The position numbers and the translations under genes were made by a program. Of a stretch of DNA of 64,000 nt, positions 35,535 through 47,982 are shown one piece after another. The stretch spans positions 744,001 to 808,000 of the forward strand of contig CBFDEM010000011.1 of the NCBI GenBank assembly GCA_965603825.1, written 5' to 3'. Source of the stretch: Blepharisma stoltei ATCC 30299. Taxonomy: Eukaryota > Protista > Ciliophora. Numbering within the stretch: position 1 is the first letter of the stretch; every line of letters begins with the position of its first letter. A model generated the notes under the pieces. That model saw only the letters and a list, made by a program, of their open reading frames with translations. It was not told the origin of the DNA and ran no database searches.

Positions 35535-36614
35535 TTAATACTCATAGAAAGTATCAATGGAAGACTCTTCTTCTCCTTTGCTATTTGTGTATCCTAGGAT
35601 ACTATTTGATATCCCTAATTTAGCCAGCAGTCCTTCTTGTGGCTTTTTTATGCTTACTTCAGCTTTTTTCTGAATAGGAGGCTTTTCAGCTAAAACTGGT
35701 CTTTCAATATTATTTACTTTTTCAGGGATATTTTGCTGGTTTTGGTCTTGCTCCAGCATTTTGATTTTCCCATTGATTAAGTTAAGCTTTGCATCAGTTT
35801 GCTCCATACACGAGCTGAGCCTACTTTCCAATTTAACGACTTTATTTTCTAACTCCTTCATAATCATAAATAACTGTTTCATACCCATGTTTGAATCTGC
35901 ATCATTATATTGTTTTGTTGTATACTCCAAGCATTGATCTTGGATATGAGCAGCTGAGCTACTTCCAGCTTTCCCTTTATAGAAAATATTTGACTCTTCA
36001 GCCGGATAAGTTTGCTTCCTCTCTGGAGTATCATATCTGAATACAGACTGCATTGTCTGCTTTGAGGAATCTTTCAATATGTTCCCAAAGTCATTAAGCA
36101 TTTCTTCTGGCTGCTTATAAATCTGGCTAGGTGCTTTAGGTAGAGGTCTTGATGAATTCTGTGTTTTCACCTCTTCCTCTACTTTTTTTGGCGTCCTAAT
36201 TGGTGATTTCGCTGTTTTCCTTTCGTCAAGCTGCTTAAATCTCAATAACTCTAGATGCTTTTCTTTAATAAGCCCTATCACATCTAAGCACATCAAAATT
36301 TTCCTCTCTGCATATCCTATTGCTAAAAACTGGCCTATAGTGAGCACAGGCCTATAATTAAACATCTGTCTCAATATCTTAAAAACAGTTTCCATGAAGC
36401 TATAGTCATTTTTCATATACAAGTCAAAACCTTGCTCTGTAAAATATTCAGATACCAATCTTGAGTACCCCAAAAGGCAAAAGTGAATTATGGGAAGAGA
36501 AGTAGAAGGATGGCCCTCAGTGAGTCCTTTCAAATTAATAGGTTCTGAGTACCTGATTGCTTTTAGTTCATTCCTAAGCTTTTCTCTGTTATTACTTAAA
36601 TCGCCTACAGACAT
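35535..36614 (-). CDS. CEP44: Centrosomal protein CEP44
   Basis: The N-terminal domain MSVGDL...LPII...KNDYSF...ILRQMFNYRPVLTIGQF...GYAERKI matches the CEP44 pattern (from memory), followed by coiled coil. Confidence 0.8.
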   Translation of the reverse strand: MSVGDLSNNREKLRNELKAIRYSEPINLKGLTEGHPSTSLPIIHFCLLGYSRLVSEYFTEQGFDLYMKNDYSFMETVFKILRQMFNYRPVLTIGQFLAIGYAERKILMCLDVIGLIKEKHLELLRFKQLDERKTAKSPIRTPKKVEEEVKTQNSSRPLPKAPSQIYKQPEEMLNDFGNILKDSSKQTMQSVFRYDTPERKQTYPAEESNIFYKGKAGSSSAAHIQDQCLEYTTKQYNDADSNMGMKQLFMIMKELENKVVKLESRLSSCMEQTDAKLNLINGKIKMLEQDQNQQNIPEKVNNIERPVLAEKPPIQKKAEVSIKKPQEGLLAKLGISNSILGYTNSKGEEESSIDTFYEY

Positions 36615-36640
36615 TTATAAATTTCAAAGAACTATAAGAA

Positions 36641-37291
36641 TTATGAGCAGCAGTTCTGGTTTATTGTATTCCTATTTTCTGTTGTCAAACTAACCTTTGG
36701 AGCAGGCTTAGAAACGAGAGGAGCTCCAAACGCTCTTCTTTGCTTCATCAATTCTCTAGCCATCGTCATAAAAGCTAAATCGACTTGGTACGCATTCTTT
36801 GCACTTGTTTCAATGTATGGTATTCCATATCTCTTGGCTTTGTCTTCAGCTTCTTCTATACTAACTTGAGAATCTCTCTCCATATCTGATTTGTTTCCGA
36901 CAAGCATCTTGATAGCGTTTTCATTTGCGTGACGATTGACTTCAGCCATCCACCCATCTGTGCTTTGAAAAGAATTATGGTCTGTTTTGTCAAAAACTAC
37001 CATAACTCCGTCAGCGCCTCTATAATAGGCAGTTGTGATTGTGCGAAATCGCTCTTGCCCTGCTGTATCCCACTACCTAGCACTTACAATCTGTAATTTA
37101 ACTGAGGTCTCTTCTAAGGCTAAAGTTCTGAATCTGAAATCGACACCAATTGTTGTGATATAGCTCTCTGTGAAAGAGTCATCTGCAAAACGAATCAATA
37201 AGCATGATTTCCCAACCCCAGAATCACCAATAATTACTAATTTGAAAAGATAGTCGCTAATTAAAACTTACTATTCCCTTCTCCCTCCCAT
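36641..37291 (-). CDS. Rab1-like GTPase, copy A (intact, canonical)
   Basis: Introns 37257-37271 and 37073-37087; [40 protein letters not shown]-terminus; 206 aa. Confidence 0.92.
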
Positions 37292-37342
37292 TTAATTACA
37301 ATAATATAACAAAATTGTAAAATCTTGTAAAACGATTTGTAT

Positions 37343-37503
37343 TATTTAGTTTCTTTACCTATGGATTAGCTTTTAGCATATTCTTTGCGAGCAGATTGAT
37401 CTATTTCTTTCCATTCTTTGGCTTTAACAGGGTTCTGAGTACCTGAATCCTTTTAGTTCATTCCTAAGCTTTTCCTGTTATTACTTAAATCGCCTACAGG
37501 CAT
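37343..37503 (-). pseudogene. Fused remnants: CEP44 5' end and RAP-gene 3' end
   Basis: Similar to about 36540-36614 and 43454-43542. Boundaries approximate. Confidence 0.7.
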
Positions 37504-37552
37504 TTATAAATTTCAAAGAACTATAAGAATTATGAGCAGCAGTTCTTGTTTA

Positions 37553-38175
37553 TTACATTTCTATCTCTGTTGTCAAACTAACCTTTGGAACTGGCTGAGA
37601 AACGAGATTGGTTCCAAACGCTTTTTTTTGCTTTATTAATTCTCTAGCGATCGTCTCGAAAGCTACATCGACAAATAATGAGCTCCTTGCACTTGTTTCA
37701 ATGTATGGGATGCCGTATCTCATGGCTTTCTCTTCAGCTTCTTCTCTAGTAATTTGATCATCGTGCCGATCTGATTTATTTCCGACCAGCATCTTGATGG
37801 CGCTTTTATTTGCGTGGCGATTCAATTCATCCATCCACCTATCAGTGTGAAGAAAGGAATCACGGTCTGTTTTGTCAAAAACTATCATGCACCCATCAGC
37901 GTCTCAATAATAGGCAGTTAGATATTGCGAAATCGCTCTTGCCCTGGTGTGTCCCACTACCTAGCACTTACAATCTCTAATTTAACTGAGGTCTCTCCTA
38001 AGTCTAAAGTTTTGAATCTGAAATCGACACGAATTGTTGTGAGGTAGCTCTCTCTGAAAGAATCATCTGCAAAACGAAACAATAAGCATGATTTTCCAAC
38101 CCTAGAGTCACCAATAATTACTAATTTGAAAAGGTATTCGCTAATTAAAACTTACTATTCCCTTCCCTCTTCCAT
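37553..38175 (-). pseudogene. Rab1-like copy B (frameshifted)
   Basis: Spliced length 593 nt; a 1-nt loss gives AAT ATC TAA after ERFR. P-loop [14 protein letters not shown], no C-terminal Cys. Confidence 0.8.
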
Positions 38176-38236
38176 TTAATTATATAAAAATACTGAATAA
38201 TTTAAAAAAATTTTAAAATCTTGTAAACGATTTGTA

Positions 38237-38712
38237 TTATTTAGCTTCTATGCCTGTGGCTAAGCTTTTAATATATTCTTTTCGAGTAGATTGATCATTT
38301 CTTTTCATTATTTGGCTTTAATAGTAATGCACCTTAAACAGCTTTTTTTCAAGCTGATCTTGATGACTTTAATAAGGTACTCTTTCCCGACTTCTTGGCC
38401 ATTTACATCTTAAATCATATTTTCATCAGGCGCATATAACACAACCATTTTATATTTCATCAAAATCACATCTGTTCGCCATTTTGTTATCGGATCTTCT
38501 TTTTCACCTTCGAGCTCTTTTTTAGGCTTTTTGTAATTCTCCTAAGCATTTAAAGAAATCATTTTTAAAATCTCTCCTTGGTCTTCTTTTATCCCATTTT
38601 TCATATTGATACGCAACAGCTTGCAAGTTTTCTTCAGTTGGACTTTCATTGAGTGCATTTAAAATAGCATGGACCCCCAATTATATGCAATCTGAGACTC
38701 TGTCATCTTAGA
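38237..38712 (-). pseudogene. 3' fragment of the SAP/RAP gene
   Basis: Copy of about 43454-43933 with small indels. Confidence 0.8.
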
Positions 38713-38754
38713 AGAATACCATTCGGAGAATGAGAAATTTGATTTAATAAGTAA

Positions 38755-39410
38755 GAATATATAAAATTGGTTTTAATGAAAATTAAGTTACTCATTAGAT
38801 AGCTCACATGCATTAATGCTCATAGGAAGTATCAATGGAAGACTCTTCTTCTCCTTTGCTATTTTGTGTCCTAGGATACTATTTGATATCCCTAATTTAT
38901 TTAGCAGTCCTTCTTGTTGCTTTTTTATGCTTACTTCAGCTTTTTTCTGAATAGGAGGCTTTTCAGCTAAAACTGGTCTTTCAATATTATTTACTTTTTC
39001 AGGGATATTTTGCTGGTTTTGGTCTTGCTCCAGCATTTTGATTTTCCCATTGATTAAGTTAAGCTTTGCATCAGTATCTCCATGTAAGAGCTAAGCCTTC
39101 TTTCCAGCTTAACGACTTTATTTTCTAACTCCTTCATAATTATAAATAACTATTTCATGCCCATATTTGAATCTGCATCATCATATTGTTTTGTTGTATA
39201 CTCCAAGCATTGATCTTGAATCAAAGCCTTGCTCTGTAAAATATTCAGATACCAATCTTGAGTACCCCAAAAGGCAAAAGTGAATTATGGGAAGAGAAGT
39301 AGAAGGATTCCCTCAGTGAGTCCTTTCAAATTAATAGGTTCTGAGTACCTAATTGCTTTTAGTTCATTCCTAAGCTTTTCTCTGTTATTACTTAAATCGA
39401 CTAAAGACAT
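38755..39410 (-). pseudogene. CEP44 remnant with ~480-bp internal deletion
   Basis: Matches 35480-35943 joined to 36422-36614, with frameshifts. Confidence 0.85.
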
Positions 39411-39467
39411 TTATAAATTTCAAAGAAATATAAGAATTATGAGCAGCAGTTATGGCTTATAGCATTT

Positions 39468-40085
39468 CTATATGTGTTGTCAAACTGACCAAGGAGCAGG
39501 CTGAGAGACGATATGGGTTCCAAGCGCTTTTCTTTGCTTTATTAATTCTCTAGCGATCGTCTCAAAAGCTAAATCGACTTGGTACGCGTTCTTTGCACTT
39601 GTTTCAATGTATGGGATTCCATATCTCTTGGCTTTCTCTTCAGCTTCTTCTCTAGTAACTTGATAACGATTTTCAATATCTGATTTGTTTCCGACCAGAA
39701 TCCTGATGGCGTTTTTATTTGCGTAGCGATCAACTTCATACATCCACATTTGTGTATTTTCAAAGGAATTACGGTGTGTTTTGTCAAAAACTATCATGAA
39801 TCCATCAGCGTCTCTATAATAAGAAGTTCTAGAATTGCGAAATCGCTCGTTCCCTCCTGTATCCCACTACCTAGCACTTACAATCTGTAATTTAACTGAG
39901 GTCTCTCCTAAGTCTAAAGTTCTGATTTTGAAATCGACACCAATTGTTGCCATGGAGATCTTATCGAAAGAGTCATCTGCAAAACGTAACAATAAGCATG
40001 ATTTCCCAACACAAGAGTCACCAACAATTACTAATTTGAAAAGATAGTCGCTAATTAAAACTTACTATTCCTTTCCCTCTTCCAT
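39468..40085 (-). CDS. Rab1-like copy C (open frame, divergent, no prenylation Cys)
   Basis: Same two introns; [16 protein letters not shown] late 1-nt loss makes the protein end PWSV[W]QHI-TAG. It may be a pseudogene. Confidence 0.6.
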
Positions 40086-40148
40086 TTAATTATATAAAAA
40101 TACTAAATAATTTAAAAATAATTGTAAAATCTTGTAAAACGATTTGCA

Positions 40149-40718
40149 TTATTTAGCTTCTGTACCTATGGCTAAGCTTTTAACATATTCTTTTCGAGCA
40201 AATTGATCCATTTCTTTCCATTCTTTGGCTTTAACAGTAATGCACCTTAAACCGCCTATTTTTTCGAGCTGATCTTGGATGACTTTAATAAGGTATGTTG
40301 TCCCTACTTCTTGGCCATTTTCATCAGGCGCATATAAGACAACAGTTTTATATTTCATCAAAATCACGTCTGCTCGTCATTTTGTTACCGGATCATCTTG
40401 TTCACCTTCGAGTTCTTTTTTAGCTTTCTGAGATTCTCCTAAGCATTTAAAGAAATCATATTTAAACTCTCTCCTTGATCATCTTTTATTCCATTTTTCA
40501 TATCGATACGCAACAGCTTGCAAGCTGTCTTCAGTTGGACTTTCATTGAGGGCATTTAAAATAGCATGGACCCTCCAATTATATGCAATGTGAGACTCTG
40601 TCATCTTAGAAACCTTTAAATCCAAAGCCTTCTGTTTGAGATCTGTGCTTGAAATTAGATTGGACATGCCTTGGCTCCAACACTGATTTTAGCAAGAATG
40701 GCTGGAAGCAAAACATAT
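40149..40718 (-). pseudogene. 3' fragment of the SAP/RAP gene (open 172-codon frame 40667-40149 under TGA=Trp)
   Basis: Copy of about 43454-44043. Confidence 0.7.
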
Positions 40719-40889
40719 AGTGAAACAGGAGAAGCTGGCCCACAAGGGCGATTCTTTGGTAAGTTCAAAGAACTAAGATAAGATAGCTTCTGACATCACC
40801 ATTTAGGAATTAAAAAAGTGGGGCTCTGTCAAAAGTATATACTAAAAAAAAGGAAAACGTAAAATCTGATTTAATAAGTAAGTAAGTAA

Positions 40890-41535
40890 GAATATATAAA
40901 ATTGAATTTTAAAAAAATTAAGTTGCTCATTCGATAGCCACATGCGATAATACTCATAAAAATATCAATGGAAGACTCTTCTTCTCCTTTGCTATTTTGT
41001 ATCCTATGGTATTATTTGATATCCCTACTTTAGCCAGCAGTCCTTCTTGTGGCTTTTTATCCTTATTTCAGCTTTTTTTTTTTCTGAATGGGAGCTTTTT
41101 ATCTAAAACTGGTCTTTCTATATTTCAGGGATATTTTGCTGACTTTGGTGTTGATCTAGCATTTTGATTTTCTCATTGATTAAGTTAAGTTTTGATCAGT
41201 TTGCTCAATGCATGCGCTAAGCCTACTTTCCAGCTTAACGACTTTATTTTCTAACTCCTTCATAATTATAAATAACTGTTTTATACCTATATTTGAATCT
41301 GCATCATTATATTGTTTTGTTGTATACTCCAAGCATTGATCTTGAATCAAAACCTTGCTCTGTAAAATATTCAGATACCAATCTTGAGTACCCCAAAAGG
41401 CAAAAGTGAATTATGGGAAGAGAAGTAGAAGGATTCCCTCAGTGAGTCCTTTCAAATTAATAGGTTCTGAGTACCTGATTGCTTTTAGTTCATTCCTAAG
41501 CTTTTCTCTGTTATTACTTAAATCGACTACAGGCA
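40890..41535 (-). pseudogene. CEP44 remnant
   Basis: Same internal deletion junction (gatcttg|aatcaaa) and several indels. Confidence 0.8.
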
Positions 41536-41552
41536 TTTAAGAAATATAAGAA

Positions 41553-42203
41553 TTATGAGCAGCAGTTATGGCTTATAGCATTTATATTTTCTGTTGTCAA
41601 ACTGATTTTCGGAGCAGGCTTAGAAACGAGAGGAGCTCCAAGCGCTTTTCTTTGCTTTATTAATTCTCTAGTGATCGTCTCGAATGCTAAATCGACTTGG
41701 TACGCGTTCTTTGCACTTGTTTCAATGTATGGGATTCCATAGCTCTTGGCTTTGTGTTCAGCTTCTTCTCTAGTAACTTGATCACGATTGTCCATATCTG
41801 ATTTGTTTCCAATCAGCACCTTGATTGCGTTTTTATTTGCGTAGCGATCAACTTCATGCATCCACATTTCTGTGTTTTCAAAGGAATTACAGTGTGTTTT
41901 GTCAAAAACTATCATGAATCAATCAGCGCCTCTAAAATAGGAAGTTTTTATTGCTTGAAATCGCTCTTGCCCTGCTGTATCCCACTACCTAGCGCTTACA
42001 ATTTGTAATTTAACTGAGGTTTCTCCTAAGGCTAAAGTTCTGATTTTGAAATTGACACCAATTGTTGAGTAGGAGATCTCTTCATAAGAGTCATCTGCAA
42101 AACGAATCAATAAGAATGATTTCCCAACCCCAGAGTCACCAGCAATTACTAATTTGAAAAATTAGTCGCTAATTAAAACTTACTAATCCTTTATCTCTTC
42201 CAT
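41553..42203 (-). pseudogene. Rab1-like copy D (premature TAA at codon 9)
   Basis: The spliced frame is full length and ends in CCS, but reads GAC TAA (42162-42164) where copy A has GAC TAT. Confidence 0.75.
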
Positions 42204-42261
42204 TTAATTATATAGAAATACACCATAATTTAGCAAAATTGTAAAATCTTGTAAAATGATG

Positions 42262-42725
42262 TTATCGGATCTTCTTTTTCACCTTCGAGCTCTTTTTTAG
42301 CTCTTTTAGATTTTAATCAGGGATATTTTTCTGGTTTTAGTCTTGCTCCAGTATTTTTATTTTCTCATTGATTAAGTTAAATTTAGCATCAGTTACTCCA
42401 TGCAAGAATTAAGCCTATTTTCCAACTTAACGAGTTTATTTTCTAACTCCTTCATAATTATAAACAGCTGCTTCATGTCATATTTGAATATACATCATCA
42501 TATTGTTTGGTGTATATTCCAAACATTGATCTTGAATCAAAGCCTTGCTCTGCAAGATATTCAGATACCATCTTGAGTATCCCAAAAGGCAAAAGTAAAT
42601 TATGGGAAGAGAAGTAGAAGGATTCCCTCAGTGAGTCCTTTCAAATTAATAGGTTCTGAGTACCTGATTGCTTTTAGTTCAATCCTAAGCTTTTCTCTGT
42701 TATTACTTAAATCGACTACAGACAT
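42262..42725 (-). pseudogene. RAP-gene and CEP44 remnants
   Basis: A short RAP-gene piece (tatcggatcttc...ttcgagctc) followed by CEP44 sequence carrying the shared deletion. Confidence 0.75.
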
Positions 42726-42751
42726 TTATAATTTTTAAAGAACTATAAGAA

Positions 42752-43402
42752 TTATAAGAAGCATTTCTGGCTTGTTGGATTTCTATTTTCTGTTGTCAAA
42801 CTGATCTTCGGAGCAGGTTGAGAGACGAGAGGGGTTCCAAACTCTTTTCTTTGCTTTATTAATTCTCTAATGATCGTCTCGAAAGCTTCATCGACATATA
42901 ATGAGCTCTTTGCACTTGTTTCAATGTATGGGATTCCATAGCTCATGGCTTTCCCTTTAGCTTCTTCTTTAGTAACTTGTTCATGATCGTAAAGATCTGA
43001 TTTGCTTCCTACTAGCATTTTGATAGTGCTTTTTTTTGCGTGACGATCAACTTCATACATCCACATTTCTGTGCTTTCAAAGGAACTACTGTCTGTTTTG
43101 TCAAAAACTATCATGAATCCATCAGCTTTATTAAAATAGGAAGTTGCGATATTACGAAATCGTGATTGCCCTGGTGTGTCAAACTACCTAACACTTACAA
43201 TCTGTAATTTAACTAAGGTCCCTCCTAAGTTTAGAGTTCTGCTATTGACATCGATACCAATTGTACTCTGGTAGATCTCTTTGAAAGATTGATCTAAAAA
43301 ACGAGTCGATAAGCATGATTTCCCAACGCCATAGTCACCAACAATTAGTAATTTGAAAAAGTAGTCGCTAATTAAAACTTACTAATCCCTTTCCCCTTCC
43401 AT
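42752..43402 (-). CDS. Rab1-like copy E (intact frame, highly divergent)
   Basis: Same two 15-nt introns, 206 aa; [25 protein letters not shown]; ends in QKCFL. Confidence 0.7.
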
Positions 43403-43453
43403 TTAATTATATAAAAATACTACAAAATTATAAATCTTGTAAAATGATTTGTG

Positions 43454-46400
43454 TTATTTAGTTTCTGTACCTATGCCTAAGCTTTTAACATATTCTTTTC
43501 GAGCAAATTGATCCATTTCTTTCCATTCTTTGGCTTTAACAGTAATGCACCTTAAACCGCCTATTTTTTCAAGCTGATCTTGGATGACTTTAATAAGGTA
43601 TGTTGTCCCTACTTCTTGGCCATTTTCATCATAAATCATATTTTCATCAGGCGCATATAAGACAACAGTTTTATATTTCATCAAAATCACATCTGCTCGC
43701 CATTTTGTTATCGGATCTTCTTTATCACCTTCGAGCTCTTTTTTAGCTTTCTGAGATTCTCCTAAGCATCTAAAGAAATCATATTTAAAATCTTTCCTTG
43801 AACTTCTTTTATCCCACTTTTCATATTGATACGCAACAGCTTGCAAGCTTTCTTCAGTTGGACTTTCATTGAGGGCATTTAAAATAGCATGGACCTTCCA
43901 ATTATATGCAATGTGAGACTCTGTCATCTTAGAAACCTTTAAAACTTCAAAGCCTTCAGTTTGAAATCTTGGCTTGAAATTAGATTGGACATATCTTGGC
44001 TCCAACACTGATTTTAGCAAGAATGGCTGGAAGCAAAACATATTTGATTTAGGGTTTAGCACTGGAGACTCTACTGGCTCTCCCGCATAAATTGCATGGA
44101 GGAATTTTTGAATCAAATGAGAGAGCGTATCTAGTTTATCAAGATTCAAAAATAGAAGGCTGGCAATTACTTCTTGAGGAGCTTCTGACCATAACTTGAG
44201 ACCATCAATTTTATTATAAACTTTATCAACAAACCTGTCATTATCTCCAACAACAGATAAATAATCCAGAATTTTTTTAATCACTTCAAATAATTCTTCT
44301 TTCTCTGTGGTATCTGAAAGTAATTTATCAAATTTTTGAGGCAAATCTTTGATAAAAATCCTTTTGCTTATCAAAGTTTCCAATATAGTTAGGGTATCAT
44401 AATTAATATCAATTGCCGATAAATTCATATGTTCTTTGATCTCTTCTTCTGATTCTATACCTCTGCTTTCACCAGATAAATTTGCATTGATTTTTTCAAG
44501 CTTTTCTTTGAACTCTTCGCTGATATCGTCTTCCTCTGCATGTTTATCGATAAATTGACATATTATTTTGACAAGAGCAGGATTTTCGTCATCAAGGCAA
44601 TTTGCTAAAAATATTGAAAGAGGCTCATATTGCAAATCGTGACTTACTAGCTTATTGAGCCAATTCACAAATTCCTTTATTACAGGTTTTGCAATAGGAG
44701 GATGTTTGTTTTGAATATAGCTTAAATTTTCAGTGAGACGAGCTGCTGTTTGATATTCTCCTATCTTTCCTAGCATAATAATAGTATTGATCAAAGGCTC
44801 CCCATATAAGTTCTGGTACCTTGTTTTTGTAATAAATTTATGCATATTTTGTGGAGGGACCTCAAATAAATTATATTGAATTGCGAACGAGTACTCTTTA
44901 AAGCTAGAAGCGAGGCTCAAAATTTCATTCCTTAAACTCCTGAGCTCAGTTTTGTCAATTTTTTTGGAGCGAGCGAGCTGACTGTGTACAGAAGATAAAT
45001 AAAAAATGGTTTCTGGGTTCGCAGAGCTTTTATCTAGTAATTCTAGTGACATCCAGATTGACTTTGAAATCATGCTTGGTGATAAATGCGCTTGGTATAC
45101 CCATATAAGCTTTGCATAAATGTCTACAGTAAAAGTTGTAGGACTACTTGTGAGGATATCCAAAGCTGGGATTGTGTTTGTAAGCATGCTCAAATAATAT
45201 TCATAAACCAATTTTTTGCATTCTGGGTTATCTTTCAAATGCTTTAGAAGCTCAAGGGCTACAGTTTTGATCTCTTCTTTAATAGGTGGTAATGAGGAGT
45301 CAACTTGATAATTAAAAATTGGCCTCTCCTTTACTAATTCAAGAATTTTCCATAGTAATTGCTCTCCAATTCTTTGATCGATACTTATTGGAGATTCTTG
45401 AAGCTTTTTTATTAATGTATTGATTAGATTCAATGAAAGATCGTTAATTCCTGCATCAACTTGGAGTGAACTTATTGCGAGAGCCATGAGACAATTAACT
45501 GTAATTTGCTCATGTGGAAGTTCTAAAAATTTAGCAATAAATTTTTCTAACTCTAATTTTGGAGGATATGGCTTGGCTTGCGACAAATTGTAAAAAAATT
45601 CAACAGTTTTCTGCAAAAGTCCTTCGTTTTGAATAAAATTTTCTGCAGCCTTAATTACTTCATTTAAGACGCTTAAAGATAAAAAATCATTTTTGTGTAA
45701 AATAAAGCATACTTCCATCATTAAGCTAAAATGGGTAGCCTTTTTTGATATTCAATTATCTAGCTGTCTTCTATTTATTTCAATCATTAATTGAGTAGGC
45801 ACCGGCACACGATAATTGTTTATGTTCGACACTGCAATGCATATATCATAGAATCTGCCATTTTTGAATTTATCATGTATAAGTGGTAATATCTTACTTA
45901 TACTTGAATTAAGATTACGATTTGACTTTTCAAAAGGTGGTAGATTTTTGAGAAGCAATAATAATTCCTGCTCAGTATAATGACTGAAATCTGAAGTATT
46001 TATTAATTTTTCAACAAAAGCATTACTAATTTGATCATAAACAACTTGAGGATAATCGAAGTTATCTCTGCCTAAATATCTCATAAAAGCTAAATCCATC
46101 ATGTCTAAGTCATTGATTGAATTTATTAAATGCCGAACTATAGCATGAGTTCAACTCCTAGAAGTTGCTTCAACTTCATTTAAGCTATAGCTAACTTCGT
46201 TAATTGTTAAGATTGCTCTTACAATTTTAATCGTTCTTCTGGCATCTAAAGATGAAATTGGTATTTTTTGTAAAAACTCCTTAAATTTGTTGCGATCTAT
46301 GGATTGCAAGATTCCAAGATTGTATAAAGATACCTGGAGAATATCTGATAATCCATCTATTAATTTTCACAATTTGTCGTCATATATTTTATTTTCTTCA

Positions 46401-46813
46401 GTCATTTCAAGGTATGTAATGATATCTTTAAAATCAATTTCCTCATTCAATTTTTGTATGTTTAAAACTTTTTGAGAATAAGGATCTGGATGGCCATTTA
46501 AGTGTTTTGGCTTATTTAGATCAATTGAGAAAGATTGGGTATTATAATTTAATGCATCGTCAATAAGAGATTGGCTAGGTATTTTTCTTTTTCTGGTAAT
46601 GCTTTTAGATGGTTCTTGCTGAGAAGATTGATTTTCCATGGTGCTTTCTGACTTGCTACTTTCATTAAGATTATTTTCATATTTCATCATTCTTTCGATT
46701 AACTGATCTTTTAAGCCATAGACTGGAAGATTTCTTGACTTTAATTCCATTCTCAGCTGATTGACCGTAAAGGCTTTTCACTTCTCTATGGAAAAAAGTC
46801 TTTTGATTATCAT
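43454..46813 (-). CDS. Large (1119 aa) helical protein with N-terminal SAP domain and C-terminal RAP-like domain, probably mitochondrial
   Basis: One frame through four TGA codons. MIIKRLFS presequence; SAP motif TVNQLRMELKSRNLPVYGLKDQLIERM; C-terminal LEKIGGLRCITVKAKEWKEM...KEYV resembles RAP. Confidence 0.7.
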
Positions 46814-47079
46814 TTTTATTTATCAAATATACCATAAAGCCATTTGCTTAACTATAGTAAGAACTTTATGAATTTTGCTATGGTTTTAAGTTTTTATTAG
46901 CGAAATCGTATAATTTTCCTTAATGAACTCTAAGCTAAATTTAGCTATATTCACTCTTTGAATTAAAAACTTAGCAATATGCATTTCTTATTACCATTGA
47001 GCTGAGAAAGATTACAATTTCTTAAAAGGCAGCATTTTTCTATTGATATTTACCTCCTTTTTCATTTCTTCAAATAAAA

Positions 47080-47982
47080 ATGTCATTTCTTATTGATAGA
47101 TTTAAAAATTCTGATTTTGATGAAGTAGCAAATGAAAAAGAAAATGAGAGTAAACTTCCTCATATGAATGAGGAACCAATAAATCCATCCAAAAACCTCA
47201 GAAAAAAGCTGAATTTAAATGATACCGTTTATTCTGATTATGGCTCTTGCATAAAATCGCTTTTAATAGCTAAAGAAACTGAATACGACACTTCAGATTG
47301 CTTGGCAAATCATCGTATAACTGAGGATCAACGCAGCAAAATGGTCGATTGAATTGCAGAAGTCATTCACATTTTCAATTGCTCAATTGAAACTTTCTTT
47401 TTAGCAGTAAAGATAATGGATCGCTATTTTAAACTGCTAAAGCGGACGGTTGGTATTGAAGAACTTCACGTAATTGGAGCAGCCAGCATATACATTGCAT
47501 CGAAATTTCAAGACATAGTTCCATTGACCATGAATACTTTATATTCAAAAGTTGTTCATTGTATCTTGCCAACAAGCTACATAAAAAAGGTCGAAAGAGA
47601 TATTCTTCATACCTTGAATTATCAGCTAGATTTTCCGACTGTATTAGAATTTTTATACCCCCATTTAATAGGCCAAAATGACGAATTTTCAAAAACAGCC
47701 ATCGTAATCTCCGAATTATCTCAGCTCAGCTACGAGTTATCATCCCTAAAGCCTTCTCATCTTGCATTAGCAATTTATATCCTTGCCCGACAAGTCATTC
47801 TAAAGCATGAACAAATTTATATCCGAGGCCCTGTGCTTGAAGCCCTTAACGAACTGAAAAAGTTCCTCATTGACTACTGCTTCAACTGCAACGAAATGGT
47901 GTCAATCTTGACCAACTACAACGCAAAAATAAATTTAAACACAGGCAAACTGCTTGAGTTTAAAGACGAATCCTTCATGTAA
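47080..47982 (+). CDS. Cyclin (A/B-type cyclin box)
   Basis: RSKMVD[W]IAEV...ETFFLAVKIMDRY...IASKFQD...ERDILHTLNYQL; the TGA sits at the conserved cyclin-box Trp. Confidence 0.9.

Larger units (their letters stand above)
35470..44050 (-). repeat. Degenerate tandem segmental duplication, unit = [RAP-gene 3' end + Rab1-like + CEP44], five Rab copies
   Basis: Near-identical blocks recur, e.g. gttcattcctaagctttt...ttattacttaaatcg near 36566, 37456, 39362, 41488 and 42677. Confidence 0.92.

Noticed and set aside
35470-44050. Transposon or CRISPR-like repeat array
   Set aside because: The repeats are duplicated host genes. No transposase, terminal repeats or repeat-spacer structure is present.
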